A stretch of DNA of 64,000 nucleotides from an uncultured Phycisphaerales bacterium (GCA_963844715.1 CAWJPJ010000001.1:64001-128000), one strand, 5' to 3'; counted from the first letter of the stretch, positions 15,752-28,112 are shown. The notes: generated from the letters alone by a model not told the origin. Translations and numbers: made by a program.

Positions 15752-17060
15752 ATGAGTCGTTCCAGCCGCCAGATGCTCGACGAGCTATCGCATTATGTGG
15801 TAGCCGATCCCTATCCCTTCGTGATCGATCTGGAAAAATGCCATGGCGCGTGGCTGGTCACCCTGGAGGGAAAGGAAATCTTCGATTGGGCCGGCTACTT
15901 CGGGGCGAAACTCATCGCCCACAATCACCCGGGGCTCAGCGAGCCGGAGTATTTGAAGCAGCTTTGCCTGGCCGCCAACAACAAGACTGCCAATCCCGAT
16001 TTTCTGACGCCCCAATGCCTCGATTACTACCGCCTGCTGTACGAGCTCGCTCCGAGAAGCATGCACAGCCTCGATTGGAAGTTTATGCCGTCAATTCTGG
16101 CGCCGAGGCCGTCGAGAACATGATGAAGTATTTCATCAATCTCCAACGCCAGAAGCTCAAGCGCGCGGGCAAGACCCCGGCGGCAAGCCGGTTCGTTTAT
16201 TTCGATCAGGCGTTTCACGGGCGAACGATCTTCGCCCTCAACGTCACGCAGCTTTCCGACGATCCGGTCATCACCAAGGATTTTCACGGAATCGTGCGCG
16301 GCAATATTGAAGTCCCCTTCCCCTACGTCGATTTCGAAAAGCCCGATCCGGAAAACCAGGCGACCACCGATCGCACGCTGCAAACCATTGATGGCTTTCT
16401 GACGGCATTCGCCGACGAAATCGCCGGCGTGATCGTTGAGCCCCTCCAGGGCGCCGGCGGGCACCGCGTCGCCCTCTCTCGATTTTTCGAGCAGCTAAGC
16501 GAGCTATGCCACCGGCACGACTGCTTTCTCGGTTTCGACGAGGTGCAAACCGCCGGCGGACAAACCGGGACGTTCTGGGCCATCGATCAGTTCAATCTTC
16601 CGCATCCGCCGCAGGCCGTGGCGTCGGCGAAAAAACTGGGCAACGGCGTCGTCTATATGCTTTATCCGATGGAGGACCACGGCGTTCTCGATAGCACCTG
16701 GGGCGGAAATCTGGCGGACATGGTTCGATTTGTGCAGGAAATGAAAATCGTTCGCCGCGAAAACCTTATCGAACAGGTCCCAGAAAAAGCGCACGACTGA
16801 CCGCAGGGCTATTTGATTTGGCAGCGAAATACCCCGGGATGATCCATAATCCCCGCGGATTGGGCCTCTATCAGGGTTTTAGCCTGCGGGACCCATTAAC
16901 TGCGACAAATTTTCTTACCCACGCGCTGGAGGACGAGTCTCTTCTACTTTTGGGAGCGGGCGCCCATAGCATCCGCGTGCGCCCATCTTTGAGCATAAAT
17001 GAAACAGAAATTGACCTTCTTTATAAAAAATTGGATCGAATTTTGCAGAAATTGATGTAA
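15752..17060 (+). CDS. Class-III PLP aminotransferase, L-lysine 6-transaminase-like; apparent frameshifts near ~16070 and ~16795
   Basis: NSGAEAVEN, AFHGRT, IVEPLQGAGG, FDEVQT, SAKK (PLP lysine), STWGGNLADMVRF, RGLGL. Confidence 0.88.
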
Positions 17061-17073
17061 AATACCTCCGGCC

Positions 17074-17900
17074 ATGTTGAAAAAGGGGGCCAGCATCATC
17101 ACGCCCACGCGTTGTCGGGAGCGATTCCTCCCACACGCATATAAGGGGTTGTGCGCCCAGACATTTACCGATTGGGAATGGCTCGTCGATGACGATAGCC
17201 CCATCCCCTCTTCGTTCATGACGTCCCTCTCCGACCCGCGCGTGCGTTACCACCATGATCCGACTTCCCGTAGCGTTGGCAACAAACGCAACGACCTGAT
17301 CGAGCGGTCCGAAAGCGACACCATTGTCCATTTTGACGACGACGACTATTACGCCCCGAATTACCTGGCGAGCATGATCTCCACGATGCGCCAGGCCAAC
17401 GCTGATTTCATCAAACTCTCTTCATACTACTTGTATAGCACCCTGACCGGGACGGTGGCGTACTGGAATATGCACATCACCAAGGGGCTCCACTTCGCCT
17501 GGGACGGCGGAGACGTGCAACCCGTCATCCTCACCAACGAAAACAATCAGGGGTTCATCGAGAATTATTTAGGGTATGGCTTTTCGTATGTTTACAAGAG
17601 GAGCTTGTGGGGTGCTCAAAGATACCCGGACGAAAGCGGCCCGGAAGATGGCAAGTTTCTCAGGTCCGTCTATCACGGACGTAACTTGCTTTGCGTCGAC
17701 GATCAGATGGGGATCTGCATTCACGTTCTACATGGGAAAAACCTCTCGTTCTGCTACCCACAATTTTTCCTGCCTCAGTTTTTGACCAAGCACCTATTCC
17801 CCAATGCGTTCGAATTCCTCGAGGCGGTCACGCATAAAGCGACGGAGCTTCCCGCTCGACCGGCCCCCGAGGAAGCCGTGGCCGGCGCAAAAAGCCTAAA
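17074..17900 (+). CDS. Glycosyltransferase family 2 (GT-A); 3' end uncertain because the called ORF overlaps priA
   Basis: SIITPT..R, QTFTDWEWLVDDDS, VGNKRN, HFDDDDYY, GPED; visibly more AT-rich than its neighbours. Confidence 0.85.
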
Positions 17901-17912
17901 AGTCTTTGGCGT

Positions 17913-20275
17913 TTACAGCAGGGACACCGGATCGACATCGACCGCGACCCGATCCGCGCTTTCCAGCCCCCCCGCCGTTCGAACCGCGTCGAGTAACTTC
18001 TGAATAGGCTCGGCCGTCGGGCTGCTGAGCACGATTTGCTGGCGGTGATACCCGGCGATGCGCACAATCGCGCACGGCATGGGGCCGCGGATTCGCACGG
18101 GGGATTTCAGGCTTTCCGCCGCCGCGCCGATTCGCCGCGCCGTTTCCGCCGCCAATTCCAGGATCGCCTCCTGATCCTGATGCCGCAGGATGATCCGCGC
18201 CATCCGCGCAAACGGCGGCAACCCGACCTCGCGGCGGCCGACCATCTCATTGGTTGCGAAGCTCGCAAAATCCTGGCTCAGCGCCGCCCGAATCGTCGGA
18301 TCCTCCGGCAGAAATGTCTGCACGGCAACGCGGCCCGGGGCATCGCCGCGCCCGGCCCGGCCGGCGACCTGCGTGATGAGCTGAAACGTCCTTTCCGCCG
18401 ATCGAAAATCCGGCAGCGCCAGCGCCGTGTCCGCGCTGATCACCCCCACCAGCGTCACATTCGGATAATCCAGCCCCTTGGCGATCATCTGCGTGCCGAG
18501 CATCACCTGAATCTCGCCGCGCGCGAATCGGGCCAGAACCGCCTCGTAATCGCCCGCCTGCCGCATCGTATCGCTGTCCACGCGGGCGAGTTTTATGTCG
18601 GGGAATTTCCGCACCAGTTCCTCCTCCACCCGCTGCGTTCCCAGCCCGTACAAACTGAGCTGTTTCCCGCAAACCGGACACGCCGTCGGCAAAGGATTCA
18701 CCGCCAGGCAATAATGGCAATGCAACTGCCCGGTATGCACACCCTCGCTGGTTTTGCCGCTGTGCGCGCTGCGCCTCGGCCGACCGATGGTACGTCATCG
18801 TCGCGTCGCAGTATTTGCACTGAACCACGTTCCCGCACGACCGGCAATAAATGTAATTCGCGTATCCGCGCCGATTGAGAAGGATGATCGCCTGGCGTTT
18901 CGCGTCGATCGTCGCGCGCAACAGATGCTCCAGGCGGCGCGAGATCAGATGAATTCCCTTCCGAAGCCGCTGCTCCTGGCGCATGTCCACAAGTTCCACC
19001 GTCGGCATCGCCAGCCCGCGCACCCGCCGCGGCAGGTTCAGATAGTGATATCGCCCCGTCTTGAGCGCGTCGGATTCGTCCTTGCAGCGGCGATACATTT
19101 CCAATGAAGGCGTCGCGCTGCCGAGAATAACCGGCACGCCCTCGATCTGCGCACCGTTTGACGGCGACGTCGCGCCCGTTGTAGCGCGGGGCCTGATCCT
19201 GCTTGTAACTGGCGTCGTGCTCCTCATCGACAACGATAATTCCCAGCTTCGGCAGCGGCGCAAACACCGCCGACCGGGCCCCCACCACCACATCCGCCTG
19301 GCCGGTCATGATCTGCTGCCAAAATCGATGCCGCTGGGTCGCGGTTAAGCCGCTGTGCAGCACGGCGACGCGCTCGAACCGCGCCATAAACCGCCGCACC
19401 GTCTGCGGCGTCAGGGCGATCTCCGGGACCAGAACCAGCGCCTGTTTCCCGGCCTCCACGCATCGCGCGATGCACTGAAGATAAATCTCCGTCTTTCCGC
19501 TCCCCGTTACCCCGTGGAGAAGATTCACGCTGAATCCTCCCCCTAGAATTCGCGGCTCAAGCTCGGCGAAGATTTTCCGCTGATCTTCGTTCAATTCGAT
19601 TTGCTTTTCGTCTGCCTCTCCGCGCGGCAGTTCCCGCACCAGCTCGGGCAAATCCGGCTCAGCGCGGATCGAGATCAACCCCAGCCCCGCCAATTTTCGA
19701 ACCGTCCCCGGCGACACGCCCGCCTCCCCCGCGAGTCGAATCAGTTCAACCCCGGCATCCTGTTCCAGTTGCAGCAACCGCGCCAGGATCGCCCGCCGCT
19801 TGCGCGCCTTCGTCTTCTCCAGAAATCCCTGGATTGACGCCCGATCCTGGTTCAGGCGGACGATCTGGTTGTATCCCAACCCCGTGCGGCGTTTTACCGC
19901 CGAGGGAATGACGCTATCCAAAACGATGCCCAGCGGGGTCGCGTAATAGCGGGCCATCCAGCGGGCCAGTTCCAGCAGCCGGGCGTTAACGAGCACGCGA
20001 TCGTCCTCGATCGCCGCGATATTTTTGATTCTCGGATAATCCGTCTTGGCGTGAATCGAAACAACGTACCCGTGCGCCGGCCGATTCGATTTCCCCAGCG
20101 GCACCTTCACGCGCTGCCCGATCTGCAATCGCGTCGCCAGCCGCGGCGGAATCGAATAATCCAAAACGCGGTCGATCCCCTGCTCCAAAGCCACCCCCGC
20201 CAACGGACCCGCGGAATCCGCGGCTTCGACCGATTCTTCATGACCGAAAAGGGTATTGGCGTTGCTCACTGTCAT
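17913..20275 (-). CDS. priA: Primosomal protein N' (replication restart helicase); apparent frameshifts near ~19155 and ~18750
   Basis: LLHGVTGSGKTEIY, LVPEIALTPQ, DEEHDASYKQ, LGSATPS, C..C zinc motifs, GTQMIAKGLDYP, QVAGRAGR, VDVDPVSLL. Confidence 0.97.
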
Positions 20276-20375
20276 CAGTTTAGTGCGTCCCACCCACGGC
20301 GACCAATGAAAGTTTAGGGGCGAATGCCGCCTGACTTCCGCGCACCCCTCTCGCCGGTTAAACTCCCATCCCAAC

Positions 20376-21290
20376 ATGACCGACTCGCCCGCTTTATCTC
20401 ACATCGACGAAGGAATCTTCGGCTCCGGCACATTCGGCCGCCCGCGCGGAGCGGCGGCGCAGGCGGTGGTCGTCATCGCCATGCTTGTCGCCTGGGTGAT
20501 CTTCGGATTTGCCGCGCGTTGGCTCGGCGTGCCGGAATTGCCCCATTTTGACGGCAGCCTGTTCCTCGGCACATCCCCCGTCTCGTCCCTGTTGATCGTG
20601 GCGGTTTTGCTCATCGTGTGCACTCTGGTTTGCACGATCATCGCCGGCTGCGTCCGATTCGAGGCCGGTCTGTTCGCCGCCTGTTTCGGAATGATCGCCA
20701 TCTCGCTTCGCGGCGGGACGACTCAATCCGTGCTCTTCGAATCCGGCTGCGATCCCCATGTTTATTCAATCCTGGCGGCGGAGATGTTCGTCCTGGCCGC
20801 GGTGGTCGGTTTGGCTTGGGTGATGCTTTGGTTCATGGGCCGCGCCGGAATGATCCGGCCGATTCCAGATCACGTCCCCCCCGAACCGATCCCGAGCGAA
20901 GGGGCCCTTGCCGGAACCAGCGCGCTGGTCGCGCAGGCCGTCGCAACCACCATATTGATGATGCTCTTTTGCCAGTCGCAGGCCAAATTTCAGACGCTGG
21001 CATCCGTGTTTATCTCCTCCGCATTCGGCGCAATGATCGCCTATGGCGTGTTTCCCGCGCGCCCAAGCACGTGGTACTGGGTCGGCGCCCTTCTCGTGGG
21101 ATTCGTGGGATATTTGCTCGCCGCCTCGGGTCAGGATGCCGGCCTTGCCATCGGCGTCCCGCAGGGATATTTCGCCCCGCTGGCGCGTCCGCTCCCCCTG
21201 GATTACGCCAGCATGGGCACGGCCGGTGCGATCTTCGGGTATTGGACGATTCGCAATCGGCGCATTTCTGCGCTTCTTCCCCTCACACCA
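20376..21290 (+). CDS. Multi-pass membrane protein of unknown function; 3' end uncertain
   Basis: About 8 hydrophobic segments; the ORF reads through into the antisense of the next gene, so the stop is probably lost to an indel. Confidence 0.7.
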
Positions 21291-23454
21291 CTTCTTCCAG
21301 ATCCGCCGGTACGCCTCTTCCATTTTCCGCGCAAACCCCGGGCCATCCATGAGCGGCGACTTTTCCAGCCGCCCTCGCAAAGACTGCCTCAATCGATCCA
21401 GCGCCGGCAAGTCGCTCGCCAGCCTCGCCACGATGCGCGCAAAATCCTCCTCGTCCTTCGCGACCAGATCCGGCAGATTCAGATTCTTCGCATGCGTCAG
21501 CCCCACCCGCCCCGGCGGAGTTTGCCCGGGCAGCGTGATCACCGGCACCCCCATCCACAGCGCGTCCAGGCTGGTCGTGTGGCCGTTGTACGGAAGCGTG
21601 TCCAGGCAGATATCGATCCGGTTGTAATTCTCCAGATATTCCAGCCGCTGAACGTGTTCCAAAAACCCGATTCGATCGGACTCGATCCCCAATCCCCGCA
21701 TCTTCTCCAGAAATCTCGGCCGGGCCGACCCCTTCGGAGCCAGCACGAGCAAACGCGACCCGGCGACCGCCTTGAGCGCCGACGCCCATAGGGAAAGCGT
21801 CGCGTCGCTGGTTTTGCAGAAATTGTTCAGCGAGCCGAAGGTGACATGCCCCGCCGACAGCGCCGGCAGCGCATTCACGCCCGGGTCGATCCCCAGCGAG
21901 TCGTAAACCCAGAAACAATCGGCGATATAAATCGGCTCTTCCGCAAAGGGATAGACGCCGCCGCCGGGCTCCAGATTTTCGTCGGTGACGCGATAGTCCA
22001 TCGTCTCCAGCCCGCTCGATCCCGGATATCCCAGCCAACTGACCTGCACCGGCGCCGGCTTTCGCGCCAGCACCATCAGCCGATTTTCCGAGCAATGCAA
22101 TTTCGCGTCGATCAGCACGTCGATCTTGTCCCGTCGGATCATCTCGGCGACATCCTTGTCCGATTTCCCGATCGTCACGCCGCCACTCATCGGCATAGCC
22201 GCGGAACTTCTCGGTCATCCAATCGCCGTTATCCATTTGGGAGTAAAGGAAGACCTCAACATTGTTGTGATCATGGTTTTTCAAGAGCGGATCGAGAAAG
22301 AACGCGCAGGCGTGATACCGGTAATCGGCCGACACGTACCCAATGCGCAGCCGCCGATCGGGATCGGGGTCGTTCCCGTGCGGACGGATTTCCCCGCGCA
22401 GCGGAACCGCGCGGCGCTCGTTCCACTTTTTCAGTTCCTCGACGATCGCCGGCAAGTCGTAATCCGCCGAGTAATGGACCGCCAGAATGAGATTGCTGTC
22501 GCTGTCAGGCATATCAGCACGCAGCGAGACGGCGCGGCGGAAACTGTCAATCGCTTCCGAAACTCGCCCCATGTCCTTCAGAGCGTTCCCCATGTTGTTG
22601 TAACTCTCCGCGTGGTCCGGATTGGCGGCGATCGACTTCATATAAGCGTCAATCGCCCCGTCCAAGTCGCCCGCCGCGCGCAGCGCCACGCCCAGGTTGT
22701 AATACCCGTCGCGAAGTTTGGGATCGAGTTCGACTCCCCGGCGGCATTCCGCAACCGCCTCGGCGCTCCGTCCCTGAAGACGCAGAGTCTCCCCAAGATT
22801 GACGTGCGCATGCGCGGCCCCGGGAGAGACGGCGACCATCTTGCGGTAGACCTCCTCCGCCTCCTCAGTCCGCCGCAGATGCAGCAGACTCACGCCCAGA
22901 TTATTCAACGCCATCAGATGATCGGGCACCAGCGCCAAAACCTGGCGGTACGCCTCGATGGATTCCTCCAATTGCTCGTTGCCCTGATACGCAACGCCCA
23001 GGTTGTACGTCAGGTCGAGCGTCATCCGTCCGTGGCGAAGCGCTTTTTTGCACACTTCGATGGCCTCGACCGCCCTTCCCACCGGGACGAGAATGCTGCT
23101 GAGATTCAGCGACGCCTCGGCAAAATCCTCGCGCTGCGAAAGCGCCCGCTGGAACGCGCGGATCGCCTCATCGATCTTCCCCAGCCGGGTGAAGACCGCG
23201 CCGAGGTTGAACGCGTAATCGGATCGCGATGGATTGACGCTGATGGCCCGCTGAATCAACTCCGGTGACAATTCCCCTTTTCCCAATTCAAAAAGCACCA
23301 GACCCAGCAGATGCAGAGCATCTCCGTCGTTGGGTGATTGTGCCAGCACCCGGCGATAAATCTTCTCCGCCTCGGAAAATTTGCCCGAGTGCCGGCAGAT
23401 TTTCGCGGCTTCCATCAGTTCCGGGATCGATTTGTTCTGCAGCAGCTTTTCCAC
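21270..23454 (-). CDS. TPR-repeat O-GlcNAc/O-fucose transferase, SPINDLY/GT41 family (copy 1); apparent frameshift near ~22180; exact stop uncertain
   Basis: About 9 TPRs, RLRIGYVSADYRYH, KPAPVQVSWLGYPG, TFGSLNNFCK, LDTLPYNGHTTSLDALWMGVPV. Confidence 0.92.
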
Positions 23455-23580
23455 GCTGATTCTCGAAAATGCCCACGACGCCGGCGCGTAGCCGGTTGAT
23501 GCCTTTTGGGGGATCTCCTCGCAAAGAGCGGCAGAACCGCAAGCCGCCCTTTTGTTGCCGCAGGTATCCCCCTGCGTCAT

Positions 23581-25560
23581 TTATTTTGGCGAAACTTGCT
23601 TCGCCTGCTGATTTTCCTTCAGCGCCTCCGCAAGGTTGCGCCGCGCCAGATCAAAATTCGGGTCAGCCGTCAATGCCGCTTCAAATTCGCCAATCGCCTC
23701 GGGCCAATTCTTCTGCCGCGCGTAGACATCGCCCAGATTGTTCATGGCGCGGGCGTCGCCCGGGCGCCTTTGCAAGACGGATTGGTATTCCCGCGACGCC
23801 TGCTCGAAATTCCCCTGGGCGAGATATGCATTGCCCAGACCCGTGTGAGCGGGAACGGAATCCGGATCAATCTTCAATGCCGCCCGATATTCGGCGATCG
23901 CCCCATCCGTGTCACCTTGCTCCAACATTATGACAGCAAGATTGTCGCGTGCCATCTCAAAATCAGGGCGAATTTTGATCGCCTCGCTGTACGCCTCCTC
24001 GGCCAGCCGCCGGTTCTCATCCCCGGTCACTGAGCCGTATACCCACCCCAACCTGTAAAATGGTTCGCTCCGCATGTTATTAATGACGGATTCTTGCGAT
24101 TCCGGCGAGTCCTGAATCGCCCGTTTAAGCCAAGCGATGGCCCCGGCATCATCCCCCAGCGCGGCCCGGCAGACGCCTATCCGCGTCTCCAGCAATCCAT
24201 CCCCCGGACGCAGCCCCAGGGCTTTGCGGAATTGGACCTCCGCCCCATTCCAATCCCCCGCGTCGGCAAGAGTCTGCCCATAGTTGGCCACGACGATCCA
24301 CGAGTCAGGATTCTTTTTCAGCGTGTCCGCCCAAAGAGTCGCCCGATCGGAAAAAACTTCGCATCGAGCCGCCGACAAGCCGCAACAGACTGCTGCGATA
24401 GCCAACACGACAGGCACGCCGATTGCGCGGAAAATTTCCACAGCCCCGCGCAAAACAGGGCGATCGGCCCGATGCACGCCAAATACTGAAAATGATCCGC
24501 GACGAACGAATACCGCATCGGAAAAACATTCGCAAAACCCAGCGCCGGCGAAAGCGTGCCGACGAAAAACAGCGCACACGCAATCGGCCCGCGCCCCCGC
24601 CGCTTTCGTCGCAGCCAGAGAAAAATCAATACTCCGATTGCCGTTAGCGGATAAAGGAGCTGAGCCGGGCGATGTGCCGGATCGACGTTCCACCGTGGAT
24701 AGATGAAGCTGAGATGGAATGGCCAGACCAGTTTTCCAAAGTAAAACCAAACCGCGTGACCGGCGATCACGACTCTCTGAAGCCACGTGAACTGAAAATC
24801 CGGCCCGACCGCGCCAACGACGTGCCTTTCCATCCAACTGGTAATCGACCCCATCACCGCGCCGGCCAGAAACATGGGAAGAAGCGGCGGCACATCGCTC
24901 CACTTCAATTTTCCGCGACGCCACCAGATGACCAGAAGAATCGCGGCGGGCAGAGTGCAGACAACCGATTTGGCCAAAATTGCCGCCAGAAAAAGGATCA
25001 GGCTCACTACGTACCAGCCGAGGTGGAAACCCCCTCCCCTGCCCTCCCCCGGAGTACCGAGGGAGGGAGTAATTGCTCGAAAATACGTCAACGCCGAAAG
25101 AAAATAGAGCAGGCCCGACAGCACATTCTTTCGCTCCGTCGCCCAGGCGACGCTTTCCACTTGCAACGGTTGAACGCAAAACAGAAGCGCCGCACCCCAC
25201 GCTCCGGGGATTTCCAATCGCAACAGCAACCGCCAAAGCGCGATCGCCCCCAGCGTGTGGAGGATCACGTTATCGACGTGGTACGGCAGCGGATTGGCGC
25301 CGAAGAAATGGTACTCAATCCAGAATGACGTGTGCGTCAGCGGATACCACTGCGGCTCGGAATCGAGTTTCGACCAGATTCGCCCCAAGCCTGCCGGGGT
25401 CAGAAGCTGCACGTTCCCGTGAATGTAATAGTCGTCGTCCCAGACAAAACCATTCCGCAGGACCGGAAAATAGGCGAACACCGAAGCCAGGATCAGAGTT
25501 ACGGCGGGAAGGAGTACGCGCGGCGGGGGCGTCGTCGGAAATGTGCAGCCAAGCCACGTG
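23581..25560 (-). CDS. TMTC-like membrane glycosyltransferase (GT-C fold) with C-terminal TPRs; apparent frameshift near ~24420, start uncertain
   Basis: GFVWDD motif, WYPLTHTSFW, QVESVAWATERK, VADHFQYL, many TM helices, then LWADTLKKNP and TPRs. Confidence 0.85.
25028..25073 (-). repeat. GC-rich palindromic REP-like element located in frame inside the TMTC-like gene
   Basis: Minus strand ATTACT-CCCTCCCTCGG-TACT-CCGGGGGAGGG-CAGGGGAGGGGGTT aligns with the intergenic element at 33131-33177. Confidence 0.8.
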
Positions 25561-25563
25561 CTT

Positions 25564-26735
25564 TTATTCGGCGATGATGTCAATGGGCGTGGTCGCCTCC
25601 GCTACGCGGCTCGATTGCGGATCGGTTATCGTCACCTTCAGAAGATATCTTCCGATCGTCAGCGCTTCCGGCAAGTGTACCTTCGCGCGATGAAGAAATC
25701 ATGCCGCCGGGCGTGCGCCACGTCCACGAATAATTCCGCGTTCGATTTTTCCGGCCAAACCGCCATCCCGCTTTCCGTGTACAGCGTCATCTCCTGCTTC
25801 AGCCGGGTTTCCCACATCTTGTCGTTGTTCTGCGTCGATGAAAAATTCGCCACTTCGCTGTAGACGATCACCTCGTTATCCGCCCCGGCTGGGAACCGGC
25901 ACGACGGAACTTCCTTATACACCGCGAAACTATCCACCCGCGTGCATAGCGCGATCACCGGGATCGCCAGCTCCGCCTGCTGATGCAACCGATCCACCAT
26001 ATCCACCAGCGGCTGGATCTTGCTCCCCAGCATCTGGTCCCCATCCGCCCGAACCGTGTTGCGGAAATTGTTGATCCCATCCAGAAGCGCCGAAAGAATC
26101 TCCTTATCCTCCGACGTCAAACCCGAAATCGTCGACAAATCCGGCGTCGGCTCATCGCGCACGAACCGGAGCAGTTCGTAATCGATCTGATTCCCGAGAT
26201 CGCGGGGATAGTCGATCACATTCTGATACAGCTTCTTCTCATAGTCGTCGGTCGGCACATTCACCCCGCTTGCCGTCGTCGAATCGGTGATATGGTCCGC
26301 GCTCTCCGGCAGAATCTGCGGAACGTCATCATCCATCTTCGCCGCCGCCAGACTAGCCGGGCGGTTCGGCTGATTGTCCGGAGTCACGACCGGCTGAGTC
26401 GCCGGTGCCACCGCGACGACTGCCGCCGGCTCCATCGGATGCGGATGGTTCGGCTCCCCCCACTGCACAATCGAAGGCTGCGTCGCCGGCAGCGTCCCCC
26501 CCGTATCCTGCTGCTCCAACAGCGGCGACATGTCCCGCGCATACTGCCGAGTCTTCCGAGCCAGCACCCCCGCCTCGTCCACAAACTGCGCCTGCGGAAC
26601 CGCATCCGGCGCCGCGACCGGGGCGACAATCGGCTGCACCGGCGCCCTAGCCGCGGTCGAACCGCTTCCATGACAACCCAGGGCACTCAATGTTCCAGCA
26701 AGAATTAAAGAAGGAAAGATCCGGGATATGCGCAT
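25564..26735 (-). CDS. Hypothetical lipoprotein with Pro/Ala-rich linker; apparent frameshift near ~25680
   Basis: Lipobox LSALGC; C-terminal beta-rich domain (ALCTRVDSFAVY...RHDFF, continuing GRYLLKVTITD...IDIIAE* in the shifted frame). Confidence 0.8.
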
Positions 26736-26819
26736 AAGCCATCCTTGGCTAACGCAATGCAGTATATCACCCCATTTCAGGTTTGGAAGTGACGCGAGTC
26801 TGATAGAATTTCATTTCCT

Positions 26820-27866
26820 ATGAGGCATTTGCCGCTGGTTATTTGCCTTTTATGCCTGTCATGTCAGTCAGCCAGACCTTCCCCCGCCCCTGTTGCCGCT
26901 AGTGCGCCGCCTACCGCCGAGCCGGTCGCGCGAACGCTCGTCGATCCGGACGAAGTCAAGTACCTTTGGTTGCAGTACTCGGTCAAGGAGGGAGATCGAC
27001 ACCGCGGCGAACAGTTCGCCCGGTTGGCCGGCGCTATCGGAGCAATGAGAATGAATATTCCTCCCACGCCCGTTTCCGAGCCCGAAGCCCTCTCCCTACT
27101 TGGACTGCCCGATTATGGCGCCAACGACGGAACCGAGACTACCTATGTTTACGACTATTCAGAGGGAGGGAAAATCAATGATTCTTCTGCTGTTCTCGGT
27201 TTTGATCACGGCTTTTTAACCGGTTTCGGCTGGGGCGGCACCAATATCAACGATTACCGCCACTATACAAAATTCCACGATTGGAGCGATGTCAACAACA
27301 TGTGGCGCATGGCATTGCTCCGCATTGGGAAATTCGATTTGCAAGACGTCAACGCTATCGCACCCCCTCTTTCCGACAATAGCCCTATGTGCCAACCCTA
27401 TTGCGTCGCTCGTCTCGTCGAGCTATCGGATCGTTTACGGTTTTACTGGGGTGACTACAATGAAAACGAAGCCAATCGAGCGCGCGGCGACCGCTTCGCG
27501 GATTTGGCAATGACGCTGGCCGATTTTCGGATTTCACATCCATCGATTCCAGTCACGGAAATGGAGGTCCTGTCTTTCCTGGGGCTTCCCGACTGCGGCA
27601 TGGCCTATGGCAGGCAAACCTTCTATCGCTATTCCTATTGGAGCTCCGCCTCAAACTCGCGCTGGGAATTCGTCGCAATCCTAAACGACGGGCAGCTGGC
27701 TGAAATGGGTGTCAACAAAGCCGGTGTAAATAACTACAGCGACTTTACAGTCTTCCAAACCTGGGACGACATCTATCACTTCTGGCGAAGTTCCCTCCCC
27801 CAGTTGAACGGCCCCGAAGTCGGCGTTTTGCCATGGTGTCCCCACTGGCAACCGCAGAACCCCTAA
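26820..27866 (+). CDS. Hypothetical lipoprotein with two tandem homologous domains
   Basis: Lipobox LCLSC; internal duplication RG(E/D).FA.LA...P..PV(S/T)E.E.LS.LGLPD.G...N(D/N)Y...T.F..W.D....WR. Confidence 0.8.
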   Translation: MRHLPLVICLLCLSCQSARPSPAPVAASAPPTAEPVARTLVDPDEVKYLWLQYSVKEGDRHRGEQFARLAGAIGAMRMNIPPTPVSEPEALSLLGLPDYGANDGTETTYVYDYSEGGKINDSSAVLGFDHGFLTGFGWGGTNINDYRHYTKFHDWSDVNNMWRMALLRIGKFDLQDVNAIAPPLSDNSPMCQPYCVARLVELSDRLRFYWGDYNENEANRARGDRFADLAMTLADFRISHPSIPVTEMEVLSFLGLPDCGMAYGRQTFYRYSYWSSASNSRWEFVAILNDGQLAEMGVNKAGVNNYSDFTVFQTWDDIYHFWRSSLPQLNGPEVGVLPWCPHWQPQNP

Positions 27867-27890
27867 CAAGCCCTTCCGACCCCCTCCACC

Positions 27891-27918
27891 TTGACAACTT
27901 TCCCCCCTCCCGTACGAT
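27891..27918 (+). promoter_or_regulatory. Putative sigma70 promoter of the tRNA-Gln-glmU-prs operon
   Basis: TTGACA-N16-TACGAT. Confidence 0.55.
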
Positions 27919-28112
27919 GCCAACCCTTCTCCCCCACACTCTATAGGGGGCGATTGTCGAGAGGTCCGGCGCGTGGCCGGATGGGTAGACGAGACGCGAC
28001 GGATTTCGCGGTATTCACCGACGCGTGCCCCGGGAGAAGTTATTCGGGCGGTCTTTTTCGCCCGTTCCGCGAAATACGCTCACTCCCAGCGCCTTTCGCT
28101 TTTTGCAGTCTT

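Noticed and set aside
20766..21791. Apparent ~1-kb convergent overlap between the membrane protein and the SPINDLY-type gene
   Set aside because: Recognisable content of both proteins ends near 21270-21300; read-through is best explained by an indel removing the stops.
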